A stretch of 64,000 nt of DNA from Balanoglossus misakiensis (GCA_040954595.2 CM082586.2:4657125-4721124), one strand, 5' to 3'. Counted from the stretch's first letter, positions 1-13,837 are shown. Notes: generated by a model not told the origin, from the letters alone. A program made the numbers and translations.

Positions 1-2727
1 CTCTGGGTTCATGCACGCATTTGGAATTCTCTACGTTGCATTTTTGGACGCATTTGGGGAATCAAAAGCGGCAACAGGTAAAAGTAAATCAGGAATTGAG
101 GTGGACTGTTTTTTATAGAAACAGCAATCACCGTATGCGCAAAATATGCGGGTCGGCTAGTGTCTATGGAAAGGCAACATTCAAAGCTTCATTAATTTGC
201 ATACAAGATGGCCGCTTGATGATGCCTACTTACTATCATGTGCGATATTGTGAAATAAACCATCTATTGTAAAGTGAGAAATGCAATATCTTGAAGATAT
301 ATTGTGCCCTCAATAGTCACATCTAACTACTGCCATGTATAACTTGCCAATGAATGTTGCATCATTCCATTCCAGCGTGGATCAATGGAATATTCACTAT
401 TGTCTGTGTAATTGCGTCAAGTCATGGCATAGCGTTGTCGAGAAGGTTTGGACACCGGAAAACAGTCATGGGAGCAGGCGTTTTGTCAGCACTAGGGATT
501 CTTGGCAGTGCTTTTGCCACAAACCTGTACCAGGTGTACTTCACCTATGGAATTGTGACAGGTATGGCTGTAGTATTGACAGTTTTATTGTACATATACG
601 CAATGACACAGAAGTTGGGTGTCATAGCATGGCCAATTCGTGTGTGTGCCCATGTACAATGTTTAAGCGCTCTGCTTTTGTGTTCGAACATGGTTTTGTT
701 CTTGTGAATTCCTGTTAACTCTGATTTCATAGCAGAGGTACGGTTCACAACTCGGACTTTATTTGATTTCGATTTCTTTTACACAGGAATTGGTTTTGGT
801 CTGGCGTATTTGAACTGTGTTGAAATGGTCAGTATTTACTTTGCGGGGCGATTTCCCCTTGCTGTAGGTTTGGCCATGGCAGGCAGTGGTGCGGGACAGG
901 TTATATTGTCCATTGTCGCCCAGATACTGGTGGATCAATACGGTTGGAGAGGAATGTTGTTGATTATGTCCGGATTCACCTCGCATTTACTGATAGCAGG
1001 CGCTCTGTTTCGACCGTTAAATGTGCAAGAGTTGATTAGACAAAAACCGAACAACACAGAATCCACGAAGACTGGAAATTCGAAGATTACTACAAGTGAT
1101 TGGTCAACTAAATTGTCAACAGAGCAAAATCAGCCAAATAATTGCCAACGCCTAAAAACGTGTTCCTCCTCTTTGAAGTCATATTGTATGACCGTATATG
1201 ACCTCTCCCTGTTCAAGAGCCCTGTCTTCATCATGTTAGGTTTGACTGCCGTTGGGCAGATCGCTGCCCTTCTTGCAAGTGCCGTCCATATTGTAAGTAC
1301 TTGTTGTAATGATGTTGTTTTTATTTACTTATAATATCGTCTTGTGAGAGCAACCTTTATTTGATTGAATTCCATACTCTGTCGGTCGAAAACTATGGTC
1401 ACGAATACGATGGTATCGCACCGTTATGTTATTCACTGTATACAAGTTTTGCAACCAGGGTCTCTGGTTTGGCACATGCCCATAAGACGGTTGTCGGCAT
1501 TTAACAAGTTCAAATTCTTTGCCTCTTGTAGGTAAGACGTGCTCGTGATTATGGTATATCGGACATTCAGAGTGCATACATACCAGCCGCCATGGGATTG
1601 GGACAGATGGTTGGCAGACCATGCTTTGGTCTTGTTGGCCATGTTACAAAGCTCAACCCGAGCATACCGTTTGCCTTTGCCCTGTTTGTTTGTGGCGTTG
1701 TACTTATTGTCAGCACGTATGCAAAATCCTTCACAGGTAATTACGCTGCATTATACTGATTTTCAGATAAAATTCCTGTTTTAAAATGGGTGTTTTGAAA
1801 TATACGAAATTATTAAAGCATTTACTGCTAATTTTTAGAAGAACTACTTTATTCCTTCAACGGAAAGCCTTTTTAGAAGAACTACTTTTATTCCTTGAAT
1901 GGAAAGCCTTAGCACACCAAACGACCACTACACACGCATACGATATGTATTCATACACACACAAGCCACCAGTAAGCTTGTACGTGGATTCTCTTTGTCT
2001 GCGGTTGAATTACAGTCAGATAATTCATTTTTCTACTTTCTTTCTCGTTTTACTGCAACATTGCTCATGATGTACAATTCTCTGTCCGAATTCGGTTTTT
2101 TTATGTCTCTTTATTTGTAATATCTCTTTGCCCATTCTTTACACGCAGCTCAAGTTATATTCATTGCTATATATGGTATGTGTGCGGGTGGTTTTATGGT
2201 ATACATACCAATAGTTGTGAAGCACTTTCTCGGTAATGACAAAATAGGCCACGGCATGGCTTTCGTGTTTCATGTCCAAGGAATATGTGGATTATTCATC
2301 GGGCCACTAGGAGGTAAACGATTTTGTTTTTGAAGATTAATTACACGTAACAATTTATCATGTCGTCAATTTGTATCAGAGATACAGTCGCCAAGAATGA
2401 GATTATATTCTGGCCTTTTTTTAAGCCACGTTTTTGTCACGTGAGCATCTGCATTGTATATTCTGTTTTGATGTGAAGCATGTGCCATTTGAATCTTATA
2501 CAGGTTGGGTACGTGATACTACAGGCGCCTATGACGGGACGTTCTGGTTTTCGGGGATGGCGGCGATCGTGGCAGCCGTCCTTGCACTCTTGCTCCCCGT
2601 AGTCGACCGATTGGCGAAACACAAACGGCGGAAAGTCAGACTTGAGGCAGAGGCAGAGATGGCCGACGATGAGAAGTCATCACTGCACGAAACATTTGTT
2701 GTTGCTGAATTTACAACAACCATCTAG
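1..2727 (+). CDS. Monocarboxylate transporter (SLC16/MCT family, MFS), 5' end outside the window
   Basis: Exons 1-77, 376-561, 787-1292, 1532-1736, 2149-2313 and 2504-2727 join in frame across GT-AG introns. The translation has MCT-type segments: FGILYVAFLDAFGESKAATAWI, LSRRFGHRKTVMGAG, YGIVTGIGFGLAY, YFAGRFPLAVGLAMAGSGAG, YDLSLFKSPVF, GPLGGWVRDTTGAY. AATAAA at 2855-2860. Confidence 0.93.
1832..1910. repeat. Imperfect tandem duplication of about 38 bp in an MCT intron
   Basis: ttagaagaactactttattccttcaacggaaagcct is followed by ttagaagaactacttttattccttgaatggaaagcct. Confidence 0.8.
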
Positions 2728-3572
2728 CGCGTGCATGATGGTGTAGATTGCTATGCTGTGGTGCAGTGTGTACATTTAATTTACCAATGGTGCGAACAAT
2801 TGCTTTCCACGTGACAAACCTGTATTCCGCTATTTGTCCAAAGTTTGGCGGGAAAATAAATGGTGCAAATATCTCCAGATGTTGTTTTTCACTTTTCGAT
2901 TGTATTATTTTGATTTCATGGATGCGTTTTACTCGAATTTGGTATTTACTTTAGCATGTTGATCAATTCACTGTTTAACACGGAAACCACTTGACTGAAT
3001 GACATGAGTTTCAGGCGTGGTTATTGAAGGATATTAAATCTGTATGTCATAAATTGTGTATATAAAAGTCTCCCATTGGGTTTGTTGTTCAGTAGGCCTA
3101 TTAACATATATATTATACTTGAATGATCGATTCTGATCAAATGGGAGGACAGGTCACTTGGTGCTATTTTGGGGTTTCCTGTCGCAAACATTGACAATGA
3201 AATGTTCAGTCCGAGTTTCTTGTCGATATTGTCTGTAATATAGTATGTATACATGTAGTGTACACCAATTCTCGTAGGTTGTCGTTGGACTTAATATGGT
3301 GCTATTGCGCAGGTGGAATGCCTATATCTTCTGTTGCTTGTGTCGCACGCCACCTTATGTATGAGTGTAGAGATATACTAGTAGTTACTGTTTGCCAACT
3401 TAGGATGACCTTTGAACGGTTTCGCGATGGGGTCGTCAGGTACGGCTTTTATCAGACTGCATGTATACGTAATTGTAATCAAAACATCTCAACGCTGTGT
3501 GAATACCAGTCAGCCAATTCTGCTTCTATCTTCGGAAGATACTACCATGAAATGCCTTCATTTTACAGATAC

Positions 3573-4990
3573 ATGATGTGGAGGTTGAGCCTGCGACGGG
3601 TGATCAGCGTCACCGTCATTGGCGTGACAATTTTTGTCGTTGTAGTTCTATGTTTCGAAAGCCAGCAACAGGCGGCGAAATCCCAAATGTTGTCCCTGCG
3701 TAGGCACAAGGTAAGTGCCTGACAAAGGACTAAATTATTAGTGTGTCTTTATCTGAGTAGGGACACCGATATGTAAACAGCAATCTGCCATGTGGTACTC
3801 GTCCAGATCTGTCTGTAAGCCGTGATATATTCGTTTGAGAGTGTTCTTACCCGCCATACTGTGTGTATGAAGCATCTGGGGGCAGCCTCAGACGAGGGTC
3901 AGCGTATAAGTATACTTAAGTTTCCCAGTACCAAGTCCCTATCAAATGTAGGCCAATAATTGTTCGGTTGCTTGGTATATTTGGTGTGCCAGTATATGGG
4001 TCTATGTTGTGGGTCCCCGATTGTGTATACATGCTAATTTTTTCCCAATATTGGAAATTATAGCTGCAAACACTTTAATAAACTGCATTTTTCTTACAGG
4101 GAAGGCCACGCGCAGTGTTGAACCCAGCTGATTTCGTTAATTTAACCATTGACAGACATGAGGTAATCGGCGCTTCAGGCAAACAGGGTGAGCGCTTTGG
4201 ACTTCTGAAACCGCAGGACAATTTCGTGGTGCCTAATATTGCCCATTTTGTATGGTTTACATGTCATCAGTTCAGATTCGAAAATTTGATCAGTCTGCTG
4301 AGTGTACACAGAATAATGAGAGCATCGACTATATATTTCCACACCGACTGCGAGCCCAACGGCAGATTGTGGGCAGAAGCGAAGTTACTGATTCCCACGC
4401 TAAAAGTGGTTCATCGCCCACGCCCGTCAGCGGTATTTGACGTGAAGTTAAATCCAATATGGCCGGAGCATTCGGCTGATGTTGCTAAGCTACAAATACT
4501 GATGGAAATGGGAGGCGCCTACTTTGATGCGGACGTGTTTGTCGTCGCGCCCCTCGAACCGTTACGTCACTACGACTACGTCGCCGGTCTGTCTGCGGAA
4601 GGGTCTCTTGACAGCGGAATCATTCTCGCCAACAAAGATTCAGAATTTCTGCGCCATTATTATGAAAGTTACAAACACTACAACAGTGATTGCTGGGACT
4701 GCAATTCAGTCGTCAAACACTACGAGCTGGCTCTGGTGAACAGTGCCCCCATACACGTAGAACCAGATAGTTTAAGTAAGCCTTCTCCTGATTTGTGGGA
4801 ACAGATGTTTTTGAGGAAGTACGATTGGCGACGTGAACACTTCACCATTCATTTGTGGTTTCGAAAATTTCGAGATGGTGGCAGGCGAAAATTCACTTTT
4901 TACCGCCAAAATATCGAACGGCTGGACACCAGCTTCGGAGAAATGTGTCGATATATATACTATGGCAGTCCAGATCTTTTAGAATCATAG
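3573..4990 (+). CDS. Type II membrane DXD glycosyltransferase (GT32 / alpha-1,4-glycosyltransferase-like), about 342 aa
   Basis: Exon 3573-3710 encodes a short basic N-terminus and signal anchor (VISVTVIGVTIFVVVVLCF) and ends at donor AAG|gtaagt. It splices in phase 0 to exon 4100-4990. Motifs: VPNIAHFVW, HSADVAKLQILMEMGGAYFDADV (DXD), SGIILA, IHLW. AATAAA at 5255-5260. Confidence 0.88.
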
Positions 4991-5640
4991 TAACATTCTG
5001 CAAGAATTCCTTGCACTCGGGGAAGATAGTAACCCTGTCTCGTGGAACTGTTCGTCTCAAAAACGACTTGCTTATTTGGTTAAGGTATAGTATTTTAGAT
5101 ATTTTGTTTTTTTAATACACATTTTATTAATTCATTTTGTGTTTGGGACTGTGTATCTATAAGGTGCGTCATTTTACTTTATTATATCATTCAAAGTTCA
5201 TAGGCATTGTGAGAATTACAGAAATGGTGAACGTTTGTCATCACACCTTGCGTCAATAAATAATTAATATCACGGTTCTAATGTTTCAAATGAATGAACC
5301 AAACAAATTTTGCATTACACGGTATCACAGGAAGATAAAAAAAACTGTCAAAAGCTAAGAATCCACATTACTCCAATGTACAATGTTTTTCAAAACGTAC
5401 TGCACTTTAAAACATACATTTTTAAATATCGTTTCAAAATTTAATATCTCATTCTGAACTAGAGCGGGGAATACGTTGACTTGCTTATAACTCTTACGAA
5501 TAGTGCCACATGGATCTACGAAATCATTATCAAAAATCAACTAGGTGTTTGAATCACCTGAGAGAATAGATCACTTTTCCAGTGATTTGAGTTTGGATGT
5601 ACTGTCAACAAGGCATTTCGGGCACATACTTATAGGGATG

Positions 5641-8600
5641 TCAGTTTTCAAACACGGCGTCATCATCCGGGTTCTTTTCCTGCTTGTGATCTTCCAGGGT
5701 CTCTGCAACACTGGCATTCACCGACGAAGCAAGTGCCACGTCATCGATTTTGCCGTCTGTTGCATTTTCTGAATCAGACGACGCCTTCAGTTCACCATCA
5801 GTGGTCGAATATTCACCGAGTGTAGATTCGGCGACTGTCGACAGAGTCTGTCCGCGTTTCTTGTCTGGGTGAAGTCTTCCTTCACCGCTACCACTGGGTG
5901 CTTCTGTGGTCGAGCGTTCTTCCTTTCTGTATCTATTGAGCTCTTCTTTCAGACGAGCGACTTCAAGTTTTAGCTCGCTGACGTCATCGTCGCTGATGCT
6001 GTCCTTTGTGTGCACTATTATGCTGCCGTCAACCTGCGAATCAGAGTAGAGTTTACTAAGTGATTCTCTTTCTCTGTACAGGCCATTTTCATGACCCCAA
6101 CATGACCTTATATCCTCGTACTTCCGTTGCATGAATCCATATAAAATCTCATGATAATTCTACAAATACTCGAGCTCTATAACAGTAGCTTTAGTCAATG
6201 AATTACCAATGTGACTCTTTTTCATACAACATTACTTGTTTCTGACCCCAAAATGATGGTTTTCGACACTGAATGTACACTTACCGTTCGGTACACATTG
6301 GATAATCTTCCCTCTTCTTTGACAACGCCCAGATAGACGCCGTTCTTGGAGAGCAGCGTCGTGGTATGGTGTGACTTGCGTGCATTTTCTCTGTTGGACA
6401 CGGTAACAGACGACACCGATTCGTTTTCATGTGACTGACTTCGCTGCACTTTGCGAGCACCCGATCGCCGCAGTTGTCGGCGTTCTGACGATTTTCGCAA
6501 CTTAGTCGTTTCGAAAAACTGTGTGCATAAAAACATACATACGTACATTATACATCTATAAATAAATATAATTGATGGGGATTTTTATTCTGATATGATA
6601 TCGTGCTGTCCGAGAAATGGCAGACTTTGCAATTCGGCGGAAGGTAGTCGGTGAGCCTCAACCCACGTCACTTGTGAATCGTTTCGTATCGAGTGTCGTT
6701 AAACGGTTTAAGATTAGGCGGGTTTGGAACAACTGTACCTTGATGACAGATAGAATGGCGACAGTGAAACATGCTGTAAACAATGTGCACGTTGCCGTGA
6801 TGCAAAACCCAATATTTGGATTGTTGTCGTTCAGCAGTATAAGCAATATGGCGCCAATAATTGTTGAAAGACCTGAGCCGTTCAGAAGTATCCGCATGCA
6901 CCTGGAACAAAAAAAGATATGGGTTTTACTTTAAAACTGTCACAGTCTAGACTATTCAACAAAGATCATGAGGCAGACAGGCAGGCAGGCAGAAAGACAA
7001 ACAAGCAAACAATGCTGGCATGCGGACAGCTAAGATACTTCATATACTAACACTCAGCAGACAGCCAGAGAGACAAAAACATAACAGTGTTCCCACCTGG
7101 TTTCATTCATGGTTTTGCTTGAGGTTATCTTACTCTTGTAAGACAGGATACATGCCACCACGATCAGTAAACCCTTGTAGGTACAGAGGATGATGGTCCA
7201 GTACCGCCACTCACTGTAGCACGACTTCTTGTGGAAACGCAGAACTTCGTCTTGACGAGTCTGTGAAGAGGGTGAAGAGAAAAGTGCAAGAAAGTCGTAC
7301 ATACATACATTTATACATACATACATACATACATACATACATACATACATACATACATACATACATACATACATACATACATACATACAATACATACATA
7401 CAATACAGTACAGTACGTACAGACAGACAGACGTATACATACATGATACGTATACATCATAGACAGTAGACAGTGTATGTATACATAGACATGTATCCAC
7501 CGAATGCCACCATACCTTGGTTCCGACTAGAATTTCCTGAACACTTGGCGGATCGTAGATTTGCCATGACAAAAGTATAGTGGTGTCTATTACCAGTAGG
7601 AGAGTCAGTGCTAAGTACTTCAGTTTAGTTTGCCTGACCTAAGGGAGGAAAGAACTAAAGTCAATCTCAAGGTTAGATGATTAAAAAGCAGGTAATATTA
7701 GCTGCCTATAGGAACTTGGAAAGGAACCATAGTGAATTGTTCTTAGATTAAAGAGAACTGAAAAATGGTGGGAAATGTTGATATCAATATCAATATAACA
7801 CAAGAAGGATGTGATATAGGAGGAGGAGGAGGAGGCGGAGGAGGGAGGAGGAGGAGCGAGACCTACCTGGTTAATCTTGAAGCTTCTCATTGTTGAAAAT
7901 GCTCTGTACATAAGTGCCATTTTGATGCACATGCTACCATATCCGAAGGTAAATGCAATGGATGTAACCCATGTACGAATCTGGAAAAAAAAAGTAAAAC
8001 TGGCGGTTAGTTAATAACAATTTCATGAATGAATGAACGAGCAGGCGGGCGAGTAAACAAAATACAAGCAAAGCTCAAAAACACTGACCTGGCACAAGAG
8101 TGACAAGTAGCGGGAGTGGACGATGCCATCGTCAAGACCATATAAGGCAACAACAGCAAAAGCAAGCTTGCATCCAAATATTGAAATATAATCGAGATTA
8201 CTGTATGGACCATATCTGTAAAAAGAATGACGCACGCCTTAGAACTTCATGACCAAAAATACTAAAAAATGGCCAGAGGATGTTTTCTTGACAAAATAAG
8301 AAATTTATACTTTTTGAGCTCTTTGTGTATACTATGTGTTAATAATTCCTAAGATGACGATATCGCTACGTAATTTGGCCTGAAATACCACCAGTGTCTT
8401 TGCAATGTTGTAAACATATACATGTAATTCTAAATGTATGTTCATACTTACAATGTTGGCCTGAGAAGACAGTACACAACTACTGATAAACAGGTAAAGA
8501 GTAGGAAAACGCCAGCCAGAATGTCGAACGTCAACACAAGAGGGAAATATAAGTAAAGTCGTTTCTCGATAATCTCCCGGCTGTCTGATGGAGTCCGATT

Positions 8601-11600
8601 GCCTGTATGTACAATAAAAATGAATGTGAAAATGATGGATACATATCAAATTTAGTTCAAGCTACTACACACGTACAAATGCCAAATATTGCAAACAACT
8701 TGGTCGAAATTTTGAAATGCACAATTATGAAATTGACATCTCGTTACCTACCCTGCCATTGGAACTCGTTTCCCGGTAATGTTATCAAACTGTCGTCCGC
8801 AGGAGAGTACATGAGAACTTCAGCCATTTTCTGTCCTGTTCAGTGAAAGAAATTGGGTGAAAAGAAGGGACAAAACTGAAGTCGACTCGTACTAAATATG
8901 GAGGGAAGAGAAAGCAGCAAAATGTGCAGAACATATGGGTTGGATGAAATGTTTGTACACAAGAACTTTCGCACATGCGCATAAGACGATCATCGGCCTT
9001 TAAGCCCGTTTACTTGCCTTGAAGTTGAAGAACCACGACAGGCATGACTCGCTCACCATTTTCATCGAACCTAACGTGACCCTTCAACAAATGCAATTAT
9101 GTTTATTATCAGTCCATTATGTTCTTACGGAAACAACTGAAGTTGTTAAATCATCATGTCCCATCTTGTTTTATAGCTTCCCAGTTTTAGCACGAGACAA
9201 ATTGCAATGAAGGTAATCGTCTCTGAGGTGCAGGTAACTTACCGTGCGTCCTTCAAACTCAACATTGGTCAGTGCTTGATATATGACGTCTGAAGGTAAT
9301 GAACGGTCGGTTGTACTATTCTCCCAAACATCCACTGGATTTGTGTGATCCTGAATGCACAATGCAGCAAAACTAGAAAGTATTAATTTCCCTGTGGTGT
9401 TCTCTTTTCACTTTTTCTCGTTAGCAATTTGAGTGAGATGTATACTCCCATGCAACATGAAACATGTCAGAATGAGATACGCATGTCTGGCCTTATCCGC
9501 TGCTCTAATCATATACTGGTCTGGTGTTGCGTAATATTGCGTAATATTACGCAATATTACGTAATATTAATATTAAACGTAATTTCTCGTTGTCTAAATT
9601 ATTTTCTAAGAAATTAATTAACTTAAGGAGGTAATATTTGTCAGTTTTCATGACATTTAATTGAAATGGAAGTACTTTCAATCGTGACATGTCAAAGTTA
9701 TCAGAGTTGAATATTACGATGGCCGAAGGTTTCGATCAACTGTTAAAGGATTGCTTGAAAAGTGTCTTTGCATCTGTCTGTCTCATTCTCCCTTCCCTCT
9801 CTCCCCCCTCCCCTTCCTTGCCTCCGTCCCTCATTTACCCCTCTCCTTACATTAGCGGTTGAAACAGCCGAAGTTAGGGCCAATGCCAGTGCCCATATTC
9901 CATCGTACACAGCGTCCAGATTGTAGATTTCTGTCATCTCGTGGTTTTGCTTATTCGCCATGTGCCTAGCTCTCTGCAAGGAAATATAGATTAATTTTTA
10001 GAGTGCCATATTACTATTTCGCCTGTTCTAATTAAAGGCACACTATTTCAGTTTCATAACATTTTACTGGCTTCATTCATTAAATGGGTCACGAATCAAT
10101 TTGTGTGAAAATAGTCTTATAAAAAAAGTGACAGCTGGACATCAACACACTTGCAACTCATCATTTTCGCCACTCTGCGTCGCCGCATTTCTGTCGTTAA
10201 TGGACGTCATTATGGATCCTTGAACCACTTGTAGAATATCCCGGATGTCGCAGTCGGGCACGGTGCCTTCCGTGGCGTTGAGTTCGGCTACGAGCGACGC
10301 CCGCAGCAGCCACACGTACCGTGCTCCGTAGAACTTGTCTCTGTACGCCTTTTGTGGGAGAGATGGAACATTCATAGTTGTTGCTTTACTATTAACAATT
10401 GATTATGAATCGATAGTGGGTTAAGTGGTTGCATTGGGTAACGCTGCCTGTAAAGACACAGTTGCCTTACGAGTAAAATCAAATATGTTGTTTGATTTTG
10501 TGAGTATACAAAGCAGTCAAATCGCACAGGTCAATTTAAATCTAGACTTGATGTGTACGTGTATAGGTGTACACACACTTGATGCAAAAGTAGTCCCCAC
10601 AGACAGACGCAATTTGAACCGCAGTCATTGGTGTCTCCAGAGTGTAAATCTCCGTAGATTACACTGTTTCACTTCTCACTCCATTATTATAAAAAAGCGC
10701 GATTAAAATGACTATTATTGTCCACTCACAGTGATAAAATTAGTATAATGTTACATCATGCTTACACGAGTACTTGTACTTGTGAATTATACTCATTTCT
10801 ACCCAATCCGTTGTCAACATTATACCGATTAGCTCACATTTGGAAGTTCACAATAGCCACGGCGTATCGTCCATGGAGAGGCATCGTTATCGGGTATGTG
10901 CTAAAGTAATTGTGCGATTCCCAACAGGAGACGCTTTCTCAATCAGTTGACATGTTTAGGTCAGTCACCCCCAAAAATCTGCATTTTGTACGTGTAGGGA
11001 AAACCTATTCGTCAGATGGTAGCAAATACTTGTTTAGAATCTTGCTTGTCTTTCATTTTCCTAAGACAATCAATAAGCTCAGTGAACGTATGTATGTGAC
11101 TTTACTTCTTGTGCTAATTTTAATTCTAAACCCACCTGACAGAAGAGTTCCGTTGCTAACTGAACCGAACCTTCGTAAATGATGACTCTGGAGTCGGTTT
11201 CCTGCAAATCAACACAGGGTGGGAGAGTTAGAGCCTCGCTCATAGATATCACCCAACGAGGTGAATCGTCACTATTAAAACTTTCTTGAAGACAACAAAT
11301 TTTGAAAATCACCTACCTCCAGCTCCCTGATCATATCTGACGAAAAACCTTGCAGAAAACCGCTAGTGAAATGTGTGGTAATGTTCTTTGCCATAGTTTT
11401 GTCCTGTAGATCCTGTATAATCTGAGAAAAAATACCAAGGGGGTTGAATTTTCCGTGCATCACTAAAATGACAGATTTTCACGTCTAGGATGCACACGTT
11501 TGTGCAGTGCAATCGTCCGTTTGTTGGCTCGTGTTGGAAACATTACAAACTAAGCATCGCCAACCTGTTCATATCCATGCGTTTCTTCGTAGATAGTTGC

Positions 11601-13184
11601 TATCTTCGTCCACCCGAAGAACTGCAGCACCCTGACCCTGGCGTCGTTGTGTAACACATCGGACCCGATGATGCGGCTTGTCAGAGGGACGCCGTCATCG
11701 AACAGACCGGGTGAAGATGTTCTCGTTTCCATCTTGTTCGTGAGAATTTTTGTACCATTGAGAAGAATGGCTATTGTTAGAGTTTTGTAAATTTTAATTT
11801 CAGCTTATATGATTTTATCGAGAAGTATCTATGGAGGTCTGGTCGGGACAAATTCTATTATTCGTGTAAAAGGTGGTCTTGTCTGATAAATAGTTATAAA
11901 TTGGTAACGTCGTTGCTCAGATATTCCGATAGGTTTTCTATGACAGTGAGTGACATAGTGAGTGAGTCGGGCTGAGTTGGTGTCTGGTTGGTTGGTTGGT
12001 CGGGTGAGTGGTTGGTTGGTTGGTTACATCGTATGTATGGATGTATCACTGGATGCGTATTAGCGTGTTGTGCTACTTGTACTTACCTGTACGAGGTTGA
12101 AATATCGAATGAATGGCGAGTAGGCATAGCTTGCCGCGGAACACGCTGCCCCTAAGATGGCTGATTTCTTCGGCGGCGTCGTTATGGCCTCAATCGTCTC
12201 CCGAACAACCGTGTCGGCGTCACACTAAAATGTTAACGGTACAGACGTTGTCGTTCACTGATTTTAATGCCCGTGCTACTTATCCCCCCCCCCACCCGAC
12301 ACACACACGTGCACGTTAGGTTACAAAACAAAAGTCGATATCCTTATCTATATTCACGTTTTCAAGAATATACAATCGAAGCATTGCAGATTTGAGATCA
12401 CGGCGCTGCCATTCAATAGGGCGTGGGCCAGTTGCCATGGTTCCAAAGGACGCACTTCATCCACCGCTGAAGGAGCACCATGAAAAAATCTGCAATCTGT
12501 TGTGGAATTATCTTCGTTCGATTCTCTTGTATAGTGTTATTCTTGCACGGAAATCTTCTGACTTTGGACAATTATTTGAATATCAAACTGTTTACGTGCA
12601 GGAGTTAAAAAAAACTGCATTGCAGATAGTAACTTTTCAAAGTTACATTAAATTTGTATGTGTTTTTTCAATATTTAAATGGTAATACAGTTGTACATAA
12701 TAACTGCTGTGCGGGGGTGAAACCAGAACACACAATAACGTCCGATATACATGACATTTTGTATAAAGCACCAGTTATAAAATGTATCTGAATGGATTTG
12801 GCCAACGGCGCCGCTGTTTATAAAATCAAACGATGCGGTTGTGAGTGTCTGAGAAATCGGCACTTTTGGCCGCAAATTACCAAATCACCAAGGCAACGGA
12901 TCATAGAATTTATCATGTAACGGTTGAATACTTACGTCGGAAACGATCCACGATATTTGGATGTCGATGTCTCCAGTGCTGCTGGAACTGATGTTACGGA
13001 AATCGTTGAGAGATCTGCCGGCAACGTCTTGCACTTCCCGCGGCGATGGTCCCCAGTCCCGCGTCACTATGCCGAGCACCGTCAGCGGCAGATGGGACTC
13101 GCAGCGTGCGGGTCGCGGCAGAAGGAACGGGAGAGAGACGGCGAGGGTCAGCCAGCCGATGCCGAAGCTGCGCAGACCACCCAT
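5641..13184 (-). CDS. Divergent GABA-B-receptor-like class C GPCR (signal peptide, Venus flytrap, 7TM, C-terminal coiled coil), about 965 aa
   Basis: 18 exons join in frame (2898 nt): 12936-13184, 12087-12224, 11565-11732, 11317-11421, 11136-11201, 10151-10348, 9851-9973, 9243-9350, 9018-9081, 8752-8835, 8452-8602, 8089-8215, 7867-7980, 7516-7638, 7097-7260, 6739-6901, 6285-6518, 5641-6159. GABA-B-type motifs: LGAACS, FGWTKIATI, YGARYVW, YDGIWALALAL, FEGRTGHVRFD, FTFGYGSMCIK, YKGLL, NETR. There is no Cys-rich domain between the flytrap and TM1. Confidence 0.88.
7298..7400. repeat. (TACA)n microsatellite in a GPCR intron
   Basis: Long acat/taca run read directly. It explains the spurious MYVCMYVC and HTYIHTYI ORFs. 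Confidence 0.97.
7818..7856. repeat. (GGA)n microsatellite in a GPCR intron
   Basis: aggaggaggaggaggaggcggaggagggaggaggaggag read directly. Confidence 0.9.
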
Positions 13185-13837
13185 ACTTTCGGCAAAACGA
13201 CCAAAAGTCTCCAATCCCAGCGTTTTGACAGCTAACAATTCGCCAACGGAGATGGATGACTTCTTAATGTCTTGCACAGAATCGCAACAAAAAAAACATC
13301 ACGAAGAGAGCGAAATTTGCTCGTGTTGTGTAGACAGCCGCCGGTTCCTGATATGTAGAATTATTAAAAAATCCCTTGTCGTTTTACAAAGCCCTTGTAA
13401 TGCGACTCCAGAGGCAAAAGTGATAATTGTGATAATTTTGTGTCATTACGCCTTTCCTGCACGCAATCACGTGATAGTTATGTAAATGTTTACTTTTATG
13501 TTTTCAACGCTCGCCAGCCCCTCGCCTGCACGTGTTTTTCCTAAGTTTTATCATACAATTAATTGCACCACGCCCAAGACGTTTATCAGTGACGGAGCAG
13601 TCAGCAGCATAATGTCATGAAAATCATACTCTGTATATATAGGCAGTGTAGATGTTTACTGAAGCAAGTGTTCTCCCTGGAGTCAGTTTATCTTTGAACG
13701 GTCTGTCTGCTTTGTTCACGGTTTAAAATTTAATCATTTTATTGAAAATGTTACTACAGAAGTACACGCACCGGTGAAACGATGATGAATGTTCATATGG
13801 AAACGCATCCTTACGAGTTGTTTTTATAAGATAAGGG

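Noticed and set aside
5100-5641. Overlapping 3' UTRs of the convergent glycosyltransferase and GPCR genes
   Set aside because: A minus-strand ATTAAA at 5440-5445 could end the GPCR mRNA before the plus-strand AATAAA at 5255-5260, so overlap is not required.
7054-7572. ORFs with MYVC/HTYI periodic repeats
   Set aside because: These are translations of an intronic (TACA)n microsatellite between two real GPCR exons.
9531-9580. Short palindromic gtaatattac/gc repeats
   Set aside because: AT-rich local slippage in an intron, with no spacer structure. Not CRISPR-like.
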